Source of the DNA: Squalus acanthias
Taxonomy: Eukaryota
NCBI GenBank assembly: GCA_030390025.1
Contig: CM059438.1
Coordinates: 54,190,001 to 54,254,000 of the forward strand
Reading direction: 5' to 3'
DNA length: 64,000 nucleotides
Shown: positions 11,005 to 22,900 of the stretch, piece after piece
Layout: each line of letters begins with the position of its first letter
Position numbering within the stretch: the stretch's first letter is position 1
The notes under the pieces: generated by a model
What the model was told of the DNA's origin: nothing
Seen by the model: the letters and a program-made list of their open reading frames with translations, nothing else
Databases searched by the model: none
Translations under genes and position numbers: made by a program

Positions 11005-14000
11005 ATTGCCGTTCTTCGTTCTTAACAAAATGTATCGCTTTGCTCTTTTCTGTTAAATTTCATCTGCCACGTATCTGCTCACTCCACCGGCCTGTCTATG
11101 TCCTCTTGAAGTCTATCACTATCCTCCTCACTGTTCACTATACTTCCAAGTTTTGTGTCATCTGCAAATTTTGAAATTGTGCCCTGTACACCCAAGTCCA
11201 AATGATTAATATATATCAAGAAAAGCAGTGGTCCTAGTACCGACCCCTGGGGACCTCCAGTGTACCTTCCTCCAGTCCGAAAAACACCCATTCACCACTA
11301 CTGTTTCCTGTCACTTAACCAATTTTGTATCCATGCTGCCACTGTCCCTTTTATTCCATAGGCTTCAACTTTGCTGGCAAGCCTATTATGTGGCACTTTA
11401 TCAAACACCTTTTGGAAGTCCATGTACACCACGTCAACCGCATTGCCCTCATCAATAAACTCAAATCAAGTTAGTTAAACACAATTTGCCTTTAACAAAT
11501 CTGTGCTGGCTTTCCTTAATTAATCCACACTTGTCCGAGTGACTGTTAATTTCGTCCCGGATTGTCGTTTCTAAAAGCTTCCCCACCACCGAGGTTAAAC
11601 TGACTGGCCTGTAGTTGCTGGGTTTATCGTTACACCCTTTGAACAAGGGTGTAACATTTACAATTCTCCAGTCCTCTGGCACCATCCCGTATCCAAGGAG
11701 GATTGGAAGATTATGGCCAGTACCTCTGCAATTTCCACCTTTACTTTCCTACTCTAAAAGTACTTCATTGGCTGTAAAGTGCTTTGAGACGTCTGGTGGT
11801 CGTGAAAGGTGCTATATAAATGCAAGTCTTTCTTTCAGCGTCCTAGGATGCATCCCATTCAGTCCTGGTGATTTAAATACAGACAGCCTTTCTAGTACCT
11901 CCCCTTTATCAATTTTTAGCCCATCCAGTATCTCAAGTACCTCCTCTTTCACTGACTTTGGCAGCATCTTCTTCCTTGAAGACAGATGCAAAGTACTCGT
12001 TTAGTACCTCAGCCGTACCCAGGTCTCCTTTTTAGTCCCTAATCGGCATCACCACTCTTCTTACTACCCGTTTACTATTTATATACCTATAGAAGACTTT
12101 TGGATTCCCTATTATATAAGCTGCCAGTCTATTCTCACTCTCTGCCCCTCTTATTTCCATTTTCACTTCCTCTCTCAACTTTCTATATTCAACCTGACAT
12201 CTGTCATACTTGCTTTCTGCTTCAGCTTACTCTCTCTTTTGTCATCCAGGGAGTTCTGACTTTGTTTGCTCTACCTTTCCCCCTCATGGGAATGTCATAG
12301 TCATAATGGCACAGAAGGAGACCATTTGGCCCATCGTGTCCGTGCCGACTCTTTGTAGAGCAATCCAGTCAGTCTCATTCCCCCGCTCTATCCCTGTAGC
12401 CCTGCAAGTGCCTGTCCAGTCTCCCCTTCCACCACTTCCATCGGCAGCGAGTTCCAGGTCCTCACCACTTGCTGCGTAAAAAGGTTTTCCCTCACATCCC
12501 CCCTGTATCTCTTGCCCAAAACCTTAAATCTGTGTCCCCTAGTCCTTGTACCATCAACTAGTGGGAACAGCCTTTCCCCGTCTAGCCTATCCAAACCCGT
12601 CATAATCTTGTACACCTCTATCAAATCACCCCTCAACCTCCTTTGTTCTAATGAAAACAAATCCAGCTTCTCCAACCTGTCCTTGTTGCTAAGATCCCCG
12701 GAACCATTCTGGTAAATCTCTCTGCATCCTCTCAAGGGCCTTCACATCCTTCCTAAAGTGTGGTGACCAGAACTGGACGCAATACTCCAGTTGTGGCCTA
12801 ACCAGAGCTTTATAAAGGTTCAGCATAACTTCTCTACTTTTGTACTCAATACCTCTATTTATGAAGCCCAAGATCTCATATGCTTTGTTAACCACTCTCT
12901 CAATATGTCCTGCCACCTTCAGGGACCTATGCACATTAACTCCCAGATCTCTATGTCCCTGCACACTCTTTAAAACTGTGCCATTAAGTGTATATTGCCT
13001 CTCCCTGTTCCTTCTGCCAAAATGCATCACCTCACACTTCTCTCTTAAATTCCATCTGCCCATTCTGCTAGCCTTTCTATGTCCTGTTGCAGTCGATTGC
13101 TATCATCCTCATTGTTTGCCACACCCCCAAGTTTGGTGTCTTGGCAAATTTAGAAATTCTACTCTATTCCAATATCCAGGTCATATATAAAAAAAGCAGT
13201 GGCCCCAGCACTGGGGGAACACCACTGTCTACCATCCTCCAGTCTGAAAAACAGCCATTTACCACAACTCGCTGTTTTCTGTCCTTAAGCCAATTCCTTA
13301 TCCAAGCTGCCACTGACTCACCTATTCCATGAGCCTCAATTTTGTTAACCAGCCTTCTATGTGGTACTTTGTCAAACGCCTTCCGAAAATCTATGTAGAC
13401 AACATCCATTGCATTCCCTTCATCGATCCTCCCTGTTACTTCATCAAAAAATTCAATTAGTCAAACACGATCTGCCTTTTACAAATCTGTGTTGGCTCTC
13501 TTTAATCTCCTTAATAACCTCTCCAAGTGCATGTTAATTTTTTTCCTTGATTATTGTTTCTAAAACTTTACCCACCACTGATGTTAAACTGACCGGCCTG
13601 TAGTTACTAGGATTGTCCTTACACCCTTTCTTCAACAATGGTGTCACTTTCCAATCCTCCGGCACCTCCCCCTCATCTGGGGAAGATTGGAAAATTATGG
13701 CAAGCCCTTCCGCTATCTCCTCCCCCAATTCCCTTAGCAACCTGGGATGCAAGCCATCTGGACCAGGTGACTTATCCACTCTAAGCATACCCAGCCTTTC
13801 TAGTACCTGTCTTATCAATTTTCACCCCTTCCATTGCTTCTACCTTTTCCACTTCTACCGATATTTTGTCAGCATCCACCTCCTTAGTAAACACCGATGC
13901 AAAGTACTCATTGAGTATTCTAGCCACGCCCTGCGCATCTAACACCACCTTTGTCCCTAATAGGCCCCACCCTGCCTCTTACTACCCACTTACTGTTTAC

Positions 14001-17000
14001 ATGCCAGACGAAGATTTTTGGGTTCCCTTTTATGTTAACTGCAATTCTACTCTCATATTCTCTCTTTGCCAATCTTATTTTCATCTTCACTTCCCCTCAA
14101 CTTATTGTATTTGGTCTGGTTCTCCCTTGAAGAATTCACCTGACATGCATCATACATCGTCTTTTTATTGTTTCATCGTCTTCTCTATCTCCCTAGTCAT
14201 CCAAGGAGCCATTGCTTTGGTTCCCTTACCCCTTGTTGGAATGTACCTAGCTTGTACTTGGAACATCTCAAAGATCACCCATTGTTCCGTTACAGTTTTT
14301 CCTGTCAGTCTTTGGTTCCATTTTACCCTGGCTAGATCCTTTTGCATCCCATTGAAGTCAGCCCTATTCCAGTTTAGAAGTTCCACTCTAGATTGTTCCT
14401 TACTCCTCTCCATTGCTAATCTAAATCTTATGATACGATGATCACTCGTACCCAAGTGTTCTCTCACAGACACTTGGTCGACCTGGCCCACCTCATTCCC
14501 CAGCACCAGATCCAGCAATGCCTCCTTCCTAGTTGGGCCAAGAACATACTAGTCAAGGAAATTCCTTTACCTTTACCCTAGCATTATCCCAATTGATATT
14601 TGGGTAATTAAAGTCCCCCAATATCACCACTATAGTTCTTGCACATCTGTGATTTCCCTGCAAATTTGCTCCTCTACCTCCCTCTCACTATTTGGAGGCC
14701 TGTAGAATACCCCCAATAGCGTGAACATACCCTTTTTGCTCCTCAACTCTAACCAAATGGATTCTGTCCTTGTCCCCCTCAAGAATATCCTCCCTTTCCA
14801 ACACTACAATATTTTCCTTAAACAGCACTGCCACCCTACCTACCTTTTTTCCTTCCCTATCTTTTCTGATCACCTGTACCCTTGAACATTAAGTGCCCAG
14901 TCCTCACCGTTTTTAAGCCATGTTTCCGTTATTGCCACAAGGCTAATTGTGCTTGTAGCTCACCAACCTTATTCACCACACTTTGTGCGTTTACGTACAT
15001 GCATTCTAAACCCATTTTTGAATTTTTCTTAGTCTGCTCCTATCTAATATGGTACTGCTACCGCCTCTTTTATGCACCTTATTCCTCTTTTCTATTCCTA
15101 TATGCTGGTGCTCACCCCACTGCCAAGCTAGTTTAAACCCTCCCCAACAGCACTAGCAAACTTCCCCACGAGAATATTGGTCCCGGCTCTGTTGTGGTGT
15201 AACCCGTCTGGCTTGTACAGGTCCTACCTTCCCCAGAAATGGTCCCAATGCCTCAGGAATCTAAAGCCCTCCCTCCTGCACCATCTCGCCAGCCACGCAT
15301 TCATCTGTTCTATCCTCCTATTCCTGTACTCACTAGCACGTGGCACTGGGAGTAATCTGGAAATTGCTACCTTTTGAGGTCCTGCTTTTTAATCTCTCTC
15401 CTAGCTCCCTAAACTCTGCCTGCAGGACCTCATTCCTCTTTCTGCCTATGTTGTTGGTACCGATCCTGCAGCCGCTCAGTGACATCTGTCTGCTCCCATA
15501 CAATCGAATCCCCTACCACTGTTGCTCTTCCACTCTTTTTCCACCACCCTTGGTGCCGTGGACTTATCTCTGGCTACACTCCCCAGAGGAACTATTGCCC
15601 CCACCAGTACTCAGAACAGAATACTGGTTGGAGAGCGAGATGCACTCCGGGGACTCCTGCATTGTCTGGCGGTCACCCATTCCCTCTTTGCCTGGCATAC
15701 TCTTAAGCTATGGAGTGACCACCTCCTGAGACGTGCTATCCACATAACTCTCAGCCTCGCGGATGAACCGCAGTGACTCCAGCTGCCACTCAAGCTCTGA
15801 ATCACGGAGCTTGAGCTGCCGTAGCTGGTGACATTTCCTGCACATGTGGTCGTCCAGGCTACGCGAAGCGTCCAGAACATCCCACATGGCACAGGATGTG
15901 CACTCCATGGGACTGAGTCTATTAAATAGAGGCATGGTAGGGCAGCTAAGAACTAACTTAGCAGAATAAAACTTTAAAAAACTCACCAGCTACTCACCAA
16001 TCGGCTCCTTCCCTTGTGCCGACGTCACTTTTTCTACTGACATCACTCTTTCGAATTCTGCCTCTGTCGAGTTGCTGTCTCTCTCGCTCTGGTCACGCCC
16101 AGGTCCGCTGCCTGCACTCCGCGCTCCTTTTATCGCCGCTGCCGCCTCTTTCGTTATCCAGGGAGTTCTGACTTTGGTTGCCCTACCTTTCCCCCTCGTG
16201 GGAATGTACCTCAGCTGTACCCGAACCATCTCCTCTTTAAATGCAGCCTATTGTTCGATTATTGTTTTGCCTGCCAATCTATGATTCCAATTTACCTGGG
16301 CCAGATCCATTCTGAAGTCCCCCATTATCGCAACTCTATAGTTCTAGGCTCCTCTTTTGGTGGCCTATCGAATACATCTAGTGTAATGGCACCTCTTGTT
16401 TCTTAACTCTAACCAAATAGATTCTGTCTTTGAACTCTCCAGGACATCCTCTCTCCAGCACTGTAATATTCTCCTTAATCAATACTGCCACCCCACCTAC
16501 TTTCTTTCCTTCTGTCTTTCCTGAATAACTTATATGCAGGAATATTTAGTATCTAATCCTGCCATTTTTGAGCTAGGTCTCCATTATTGCCACCTCATCA
16601 TATTCCTATGTGGCTATCTGTACCTTGCAGCTCACCAACCTTGTTTGCCAAGCTTCATGCGTTTACACACATGCACTGTAGACCTATCTTAGACCACCTT
16701 GTATTCTCTTCGTCTGACCCCACCTAATACTGTACTATTTCTTACTCTAGTGCTATCTGTCTCTCCCAATCCTTTGTGCACTTTGTTTCCTTTCTAATGC
16801 TACATCCTGGTGCCCACCCCCCTGCCAAATTAGTTTAAACCCTCCCCAACAGCACTAGCAAACCACCCATGAGGATATTGGTCCCAGCTCTGTTGAGGTG
16901 CGCAACCCATCTTGCCTGTACAGGTCCCACCTCCCCCAGAACCGGTCCCAATGGCCCAGGAATCTAAATCATCTGCTCTATCCTTGTATTTCTATACTCA

Positions 17001-17760
17001 CTAGCTCGTGGCACTGGGAGTCAGCTGGAGAATTCTACCTTTTGAGGTCCTGCTTTTTAATCTCTTTCCTAGCTCCCTGAAATCTGACTGCAGGACCTCA
17101 TCCCTCTTTCCACCTATGTCATTGATACCAATATGGACCGTGACCTCTGGCCGTTTCTACCACCTCCCATCCCCGGCCTCAGAATTATTGAATCCCCTAC
17201 AACTAACACTTTACGCTTCCCCATCTTCTCCCTTTGGACAGCCCCCTTCTCCAAATGCCATGGTTAACATTGGAGCTGTCCTTCTGGTCTTCATCCTTAT
17301 CGTCACAGGTAGCAAGTACATTGTACTTGGATAGGATCAGTTTCTGCAGATCCTCATTATCTCACGTGGGTTCCCCTTACTCTGTACGCCATCGATCACA
17401 CCAAACCCGTTTGATCCTCTACGAGGTGTGAAGCAAACTGTCCAGATACTCCTCCCCCTCCCTCGTGTTCAGAATGTGTCCAGCTCAATGACTCTGAGCC
17501 GGAGAGATTCGAGATGGAAACATCTACTGCAGACGTGTTTGCTCGGGACTGTCCACAAACTCCCACAGACTGCAGTCCAGGCACACAACCTGCTCTGCCA
17601 TATCTTAGAATATATTTAGTCATAGGTAATTAATTTTTAGGTTTTCTTTATACACTAACTTGCACTATGTGCTAAAATACTGACTGCCTCAAACTTATAG
17701 GAATCACTAAGTGTTAAAGGGAAAAAGAAGCACCTCCTTCCCCCTCTCACCACAATGCAC
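11005..17760 (-). mobile_element. Older near-complete CR1 LINE (11005-12295 and 16146-17760), interrupted by a nested CR1
   Basis: RT motifs [23 protein letters not shown] near 11150-11260; endonuclease and ORF1 remnants at 16300-17620 (Cys-rich CLDCSLWEF-like start near 17600). Confidence 0.75.
12296..16145 (-). mobile_element. Near full-length degraded CR1 LINE (5' UTR, ORF1 zinc finger, endonuclease, RT, 3' tail)
   Basis: ORF1 MECTSCAMW...CRKC (15708-15986); EN LDLVL..HLGTSDH; RT DVVYIDFRKAFDKVPH; C-terminal [19 protein letters not shown]; flanked by ~62-bp direct repeat. Confidence 0.85.
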
Positions 17761-17849
17761 TCCATGTTGTGATCTGTACTTCTGCACTAGTCAGCCAGGA
17801 CCCGGTTACAGGTTTGAGAGCTTCCACTTCATATGAATGGGTAAGCAGG

Positions 17850-18070
17850 AACTTTACCCCAGTCTATGAACAGTAAAAGATCCCACACCACTATTTACAG
17901 GAGCAGGGAGTTCTCCCAGTGTCCTAGCCAATATTCCTCCCAAAAACAGACGAACGGGTCATTCATCACTGCAGTCGGTGTGGGATCCCAGTCGCTGCAC
18001 AGTAATTAATTGGCTGTGAAGTGCTTCTAGACATCTTGAGACACATAAGGTGTGATATAAATGTAGGTTT
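17850..18070 (+). mobile_element. DeuSINE-like 3' portion with L2-type tail
   Basis: gtaaaagatccca..ggagcagggagttctcccagtgtcctagccaatatt..ttggctgtgaagtgctt..tataaatg. Confidence 0.55.
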
Positions 18071-19811
18071 TTTTTTTACCTTGTATGTGAATCCATAGCT
18101 CTGTGTCCCTATCTCTGGATGCTGTCAGTCAGTTGGGACAAGTTGGAGTGAATGTTCTGAGGTGACAACTGACCCCGGTTCAAGGAATAGGCTGAATGAC
18201 TAACATTAAGGTGTTTCACTGTTAAAAGCTCCACCCACCTCCTTTGTTCAATATTACTTGCAGTGGATTTCTTGCTCATGAAGACAAGGGATGTTCTGTT
18301 TTGCCTACTGCCCTCATGGTCATTGCTTAATTTTCCACACTCTGGCGCTGAGTCAGATCACCAATTAGAGACAGTTTTAGTTTAAGGCCATGAGGAACTG
18401 GATCGGAATCCAAGTTCACCATTCTGTTCCCTCAAGAAAAACACATCTCCACTCATACTCTAGAATTGTGGCCATACTCCACAAATATACTTCCTGTTTA
18501 CAATCAAGAAGCAGGAGAGTCACTACAAGAAGCAGATCATTACAGCCTTCGGTCTGTACACAAGAAACAAGAAGCTATTACACTGAGTTGTAACAACACA
18601 ATTTAATGAGGGAAATGTCCTCGAACAGGCAGAGATTTTAATATAAAACCACTACTGCCACAGTGTTAATACACACCAGCTTACACCATGTGGTTAAACA
18701 ATTGGATCAATCCAGAGAAATCAGAAGAAAAATTCCATCCCATTACCTGCTCCTCGGTTAGTGCAATTTGAAAGGCACAAATAAATCCTACACCAGCAAA
18801 ATTTCAGCTTCTCAAGCAAACACTGCATTAGTGATCTCATTTAAATATATTAAATTACTCATTGTTAATAGAAAATTATACATAACTCAAAAAAACTGGC
18901 ACCAAATTTGATGTGTGAGAGCCAGTCACTGGGAATGGAGCAGCGCAGCAACTGCCCAATAATCTGTAGTAATGAGACTGGTACAAAACTGTCTATCAAA
19001 CTCTCAAAACAGGAAAGTAGGTCATTGCAGGCCCATGTGGAACCTCCACTCATCCACCTGGAGTCAATGCTGTAGTCGCTTATATCAGATACGCACAAAT
19101 CTTCTTGCAGGCCTTTCCGGAGAGATTGAGCCACGATGGTAGACAGAACTTTGCAGCTTCCAGCAGTGTCCCCAGGGTATTGAGACCAGAGCAAATGGTC
19201 CCTTCTACCCCTGGTAGGAATGTGCAAGTACAATTCCCCCACCCCAATCTCGCTTCTCAGTGAACACAAGGACACGTCATCAAATTTAGAGCATGAATGA
19301 GCTCTGTCTCCATCAGTGTCGGGGTCGGACTAACCTCACCCATGCTCCTCAAGATTAGACAAGGTGGCTGAGGGACAACTGATTAGCCAGAAAAGGGGTC
19401 TGGAATCAGGGACACCATTTACTGACACTATAACTTATAATTTAGTTGTACAAATACAGCACTTTCATCATCATTTCTATTCTTTCACAGATAGATAATG
19501 TACAAGAAACACAGGCCACATCCAATACCCCATTAGTACTAAATACAGCACTGAGGGGGAAGAGGTTCCACTAACAATGCCATGGTTGTGACCAGAGGGT
19601 AGTGAGTCTTTTACAATGATATTTAAAAGAAGAAAGATCAGTCTCCCACTTTGCCTGCTTTTAGTATAGTCATTATGCTGCTCTCTGCATTTTTGATGGG
19701 GGCCAGCAGAGGCTTTTATAAAGGGCCAATTTGTCCAAAGATTACGCTCTGTCTACCGGCATTAGGTAGGGCCTGGAGTGGAGTGTGGGAACTGGGGCTG
19801 GGCCTGGAACC

Positions 19812-19955
19812 TCAGGTGGTGTTGGAGGAACATTGCTGCAGCAGCAGTGCATGGCAGGTGTCGCACACACGCACGGGTTTCGGAGAAGAAGGTAGAGGAA
19901 GCTCGTTGTCGGAGCAGGCGTTGCAGAAGATTTCCCCGCAGTTTCTGCAGTGATG
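19812..19955 (-). CDS. RUFY2: RUFY2 last coding exon (FYVE C-terminal half)
   Basis: ctctctttag acceptor; 47 codons then TGA. Confidence 0.95.
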   Translation of the reverse strand, partial: HHCRNCGEIFCNACSDNELPLPSSPKPVRVCDTCHALLLQQCSSNTT

Positions 19956-22900
19956 CTAAAGAGAGGACAATGACAGAAATCAGAGCTTCATTGAGACTAC
20001 TGCAGTTACTTATTTCACTTCACATTAAGAAAACCCAACTCTCGCCTTATGATCAGCAACATTTATATGACGCTTTTAACATGGGAAACCGTCCCATGGC
20101 CACTCACAGGAGTGTTACCAGACAAAGATTGACTTAGCCAATGAAGGAGACAGTCGGGGGGTGACTAAAAGCTTGGTCAGAGGTAGGTTTTAAGGAGGTA
20201 GAGTGGTTTCGGAAGGGTATTCCAGAGGTTAGGGCCCAGGCAGCTGAAGGCACGGCCATCAATGGTGGAGCGATGAAAATCGGGGATGCGCAAGAGGCCA
20301 GAGTTGGAGGAGCGCATAATTCGTGAAGGGATGTAGGGCTGGAACAGATTACAGAGATAGGAGCGAGGCCAGGATGAGAATTTTAAATTTCAGGCAGTGG
20401 TAGGTCAGCGAGCACAGGGATGATGGGTGAATGGACTTGGTGCGAGTTAGGATATGGGCAGCAGACTTTTGGATGAGCTCAAGTTTCTGGAGGGTGGAAA
20501 ATGGGAGGCCGGCCAGGAGACCGTTGGAATAGTTGAGTAAAGAGGTAACAAAGGCATTGATGAGGGTTTCAGCAACAGATGAGCTGAGGTGGGGCGGAGT
20601 CGGGCAGTGTTAAGGAGGTAGAAGTAGGCGGTCTTGGTGATGGAGCGGATATGTGGTCGGAATATGACACCAAGGTTGCAAACAGTTCAACCTGAGACCA
20701 TGACCATGGAGAGGGAATCGGTGGCGAGGGAACGGAGTTTGTGGTGGGGACCGAAGACAATGGCTTCGGTCTTCCCAATATTTAGTTGGAGGAAATTTCT
20801 GCTCATCCAGTACTGGATGTCAGAGAGGCAGTGTGACAAATCAGACAGGGAAGGGGTCAAGAGAGGTGATGGTGAGGTAGAGCTGGGTGTCGTTAGTATA
20901 CATGTGGAATCTGATGTATTTTCAGATGATGTAATTTGTGACTTTGATAAGGGCCGTTTGCTGTGGCAGGGGCGGAAACCAGATTGGAGGGGTTCAAACG
21001 TGAAGTTGCAGGAAAGATGGGCAAGGATTTGGGAGGCGACAACACATTCAAGGGCTTTGGAAAGGAAAGGGAGGTAGTTTGCTTGGATAGAGCTTTCCAA
21101 ATTTTCCTCTACATTCCTCAGGCTTCTACGGGAAAATAGTGAGGACAGGATTGGTGTCGGCTGTGAGCTCCCTGCTGACATTGATGGTCTAGGCTCACGC
21201 CTGGGCAAAGTACAGGAAGGTGCTTAGTACCTGTGAGAGAACCCAAGCCTCAGGCAGCACCTCCAGGAGGAGGGGAGGAACACTAGTGGGAATAAGCTGC
21301 AGCTTCACAAACATTTCTAAAGCAAGTCTTTCTGGACTGTAAAATGATACACAGAAATACTCTAATGAATAATAGATTTTGGAAGTACCGTGCAAGACTG
21401 CAATGTCTGGGAAGCTCAGCCCATGAGGAGAAGACAAGCACCTTAGACAAGGTTAACATTTTCCCCATTTCAGAAACCCAGTTTCAGCATCAAACACTCA
21501 GAAGTTTATGGCACAGAAGGAGGCCATTCGACCCATTGTGTCTGTGCCGGCTGAAAAAGCTATCCAGCCTAATCCCACTTTCCAGCTCTTGGTCCGTAGC
21601 CCTGTAGGTTACGGCACTTCAAGTGCATATACAAGTACTTTTAAATGTGATGGAGGGTTTCTGCCTCTACCACCCTTTCAGGCAGCGAGTTCCAGACCCC
21701 CACCACCCTCTGGGTGAAAAAAGTTCTCAACTCCCCACTAATCCTTCTACCAATTACTTTAAATCTATGCCCCCTGGTTATTGGCCTCTCTGCTAAGGGA
21801 AATAGGTCCTTCCTATCCACTCGAGGCCCCTCATAATTTTATACACCTCAATTAACTCGCCCTTCAGCCTCCTCTGTTCCAAAGAAAACAACCCCAGCCT
21901 ATCCAATCTTTCCTCATCGCTAAAATTCACCAGTCCTGGCAACATCCTCGTAAATCTCCTCTGTACCCTCTCTAGTGCAATCACATCTTTCCTGCAATGT
22001 GACCAGGACTGTTCGCCGTGCTCAAGCGGTGGCCTAACTAGTGTTTTTTCAGTTCAAGCAAAACATATTCTATGCCTCGACTAATAAAGGAAAGTATCCC
22101 GTATGCCTTCTTAACCACCTTATCTACCTGCACAAAAACAAAATACTGTGGATGCTGGAAATCTGAAATAAAAACAGAAAATGCTGGAAATACTCAGCAG
22201 GTCAAGCAGCATCTGTGGAGAGAGAAACAGAGTTAACGTTTCAGGTCAATGACTCTTCGTCAGAACTGGAAAAAGCTGGAGATGGAACAGGTTTTTAAGC
22301 AAGTGTAGGGGCAGGGAAAGGGGGGGGGAGGGGAGGAAGGAACAAAAGGGAAGGTCTGTGATAGGATGGAAGGCAGGAGAGATTAAGAGATGGTGCAAGG
22401 CAAAAGGAGATGGTAATGGGACAAGTTAAGAAACAAAAGATGAAATGTAAATGGCACTGGCAAAATGAAAGACAGCTGCCATGTGGGAGAGAGAAAAAAA
22501 AAAATGGAAAAAAAAGGAAGGGGGCAGAGGTTATGGTCTGAAATTGTTGAGTCCAGAAGCTGTAAAGTGCCTAATCGAAAGATGAGATGCTGTTCCTCGA
22601 GCTTACGTTGAGCTTAATTGGAACAGTGTAAGAGGCCGAGGACGGGGAGGTCTGAGTGGGAGTGGAGTGGAGAATTAAAGTGACAGGCGACCGGGAGCTC
22701 GGGGTCATGCTTACGGACTGAACGGAGGTGTTCCGCAAAGCAGTCACCCAATCTGCGTTTGGTCTCCCCAATGTAGAGGAGACCGCGCCGTGAGCAGCGA
22801 ATACAGTATACTAGATTGCAAGAAGTACAAGTAAATCGCTGTTTCACCAGGAAGGAGTGTTTGGGGCCCTGGACAGTGGGAAGGGTGGAGGTAAAAGGGC

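Noticed and set aside
18865..19275. 136-aa minus-strand ORF downstream of the RUFY2 stop
   Set aside because: Starts at GTG, has an in-frame stop shortly upstream, no good acceptor and no recognisable homology; most likely RUFY2 3' UTR
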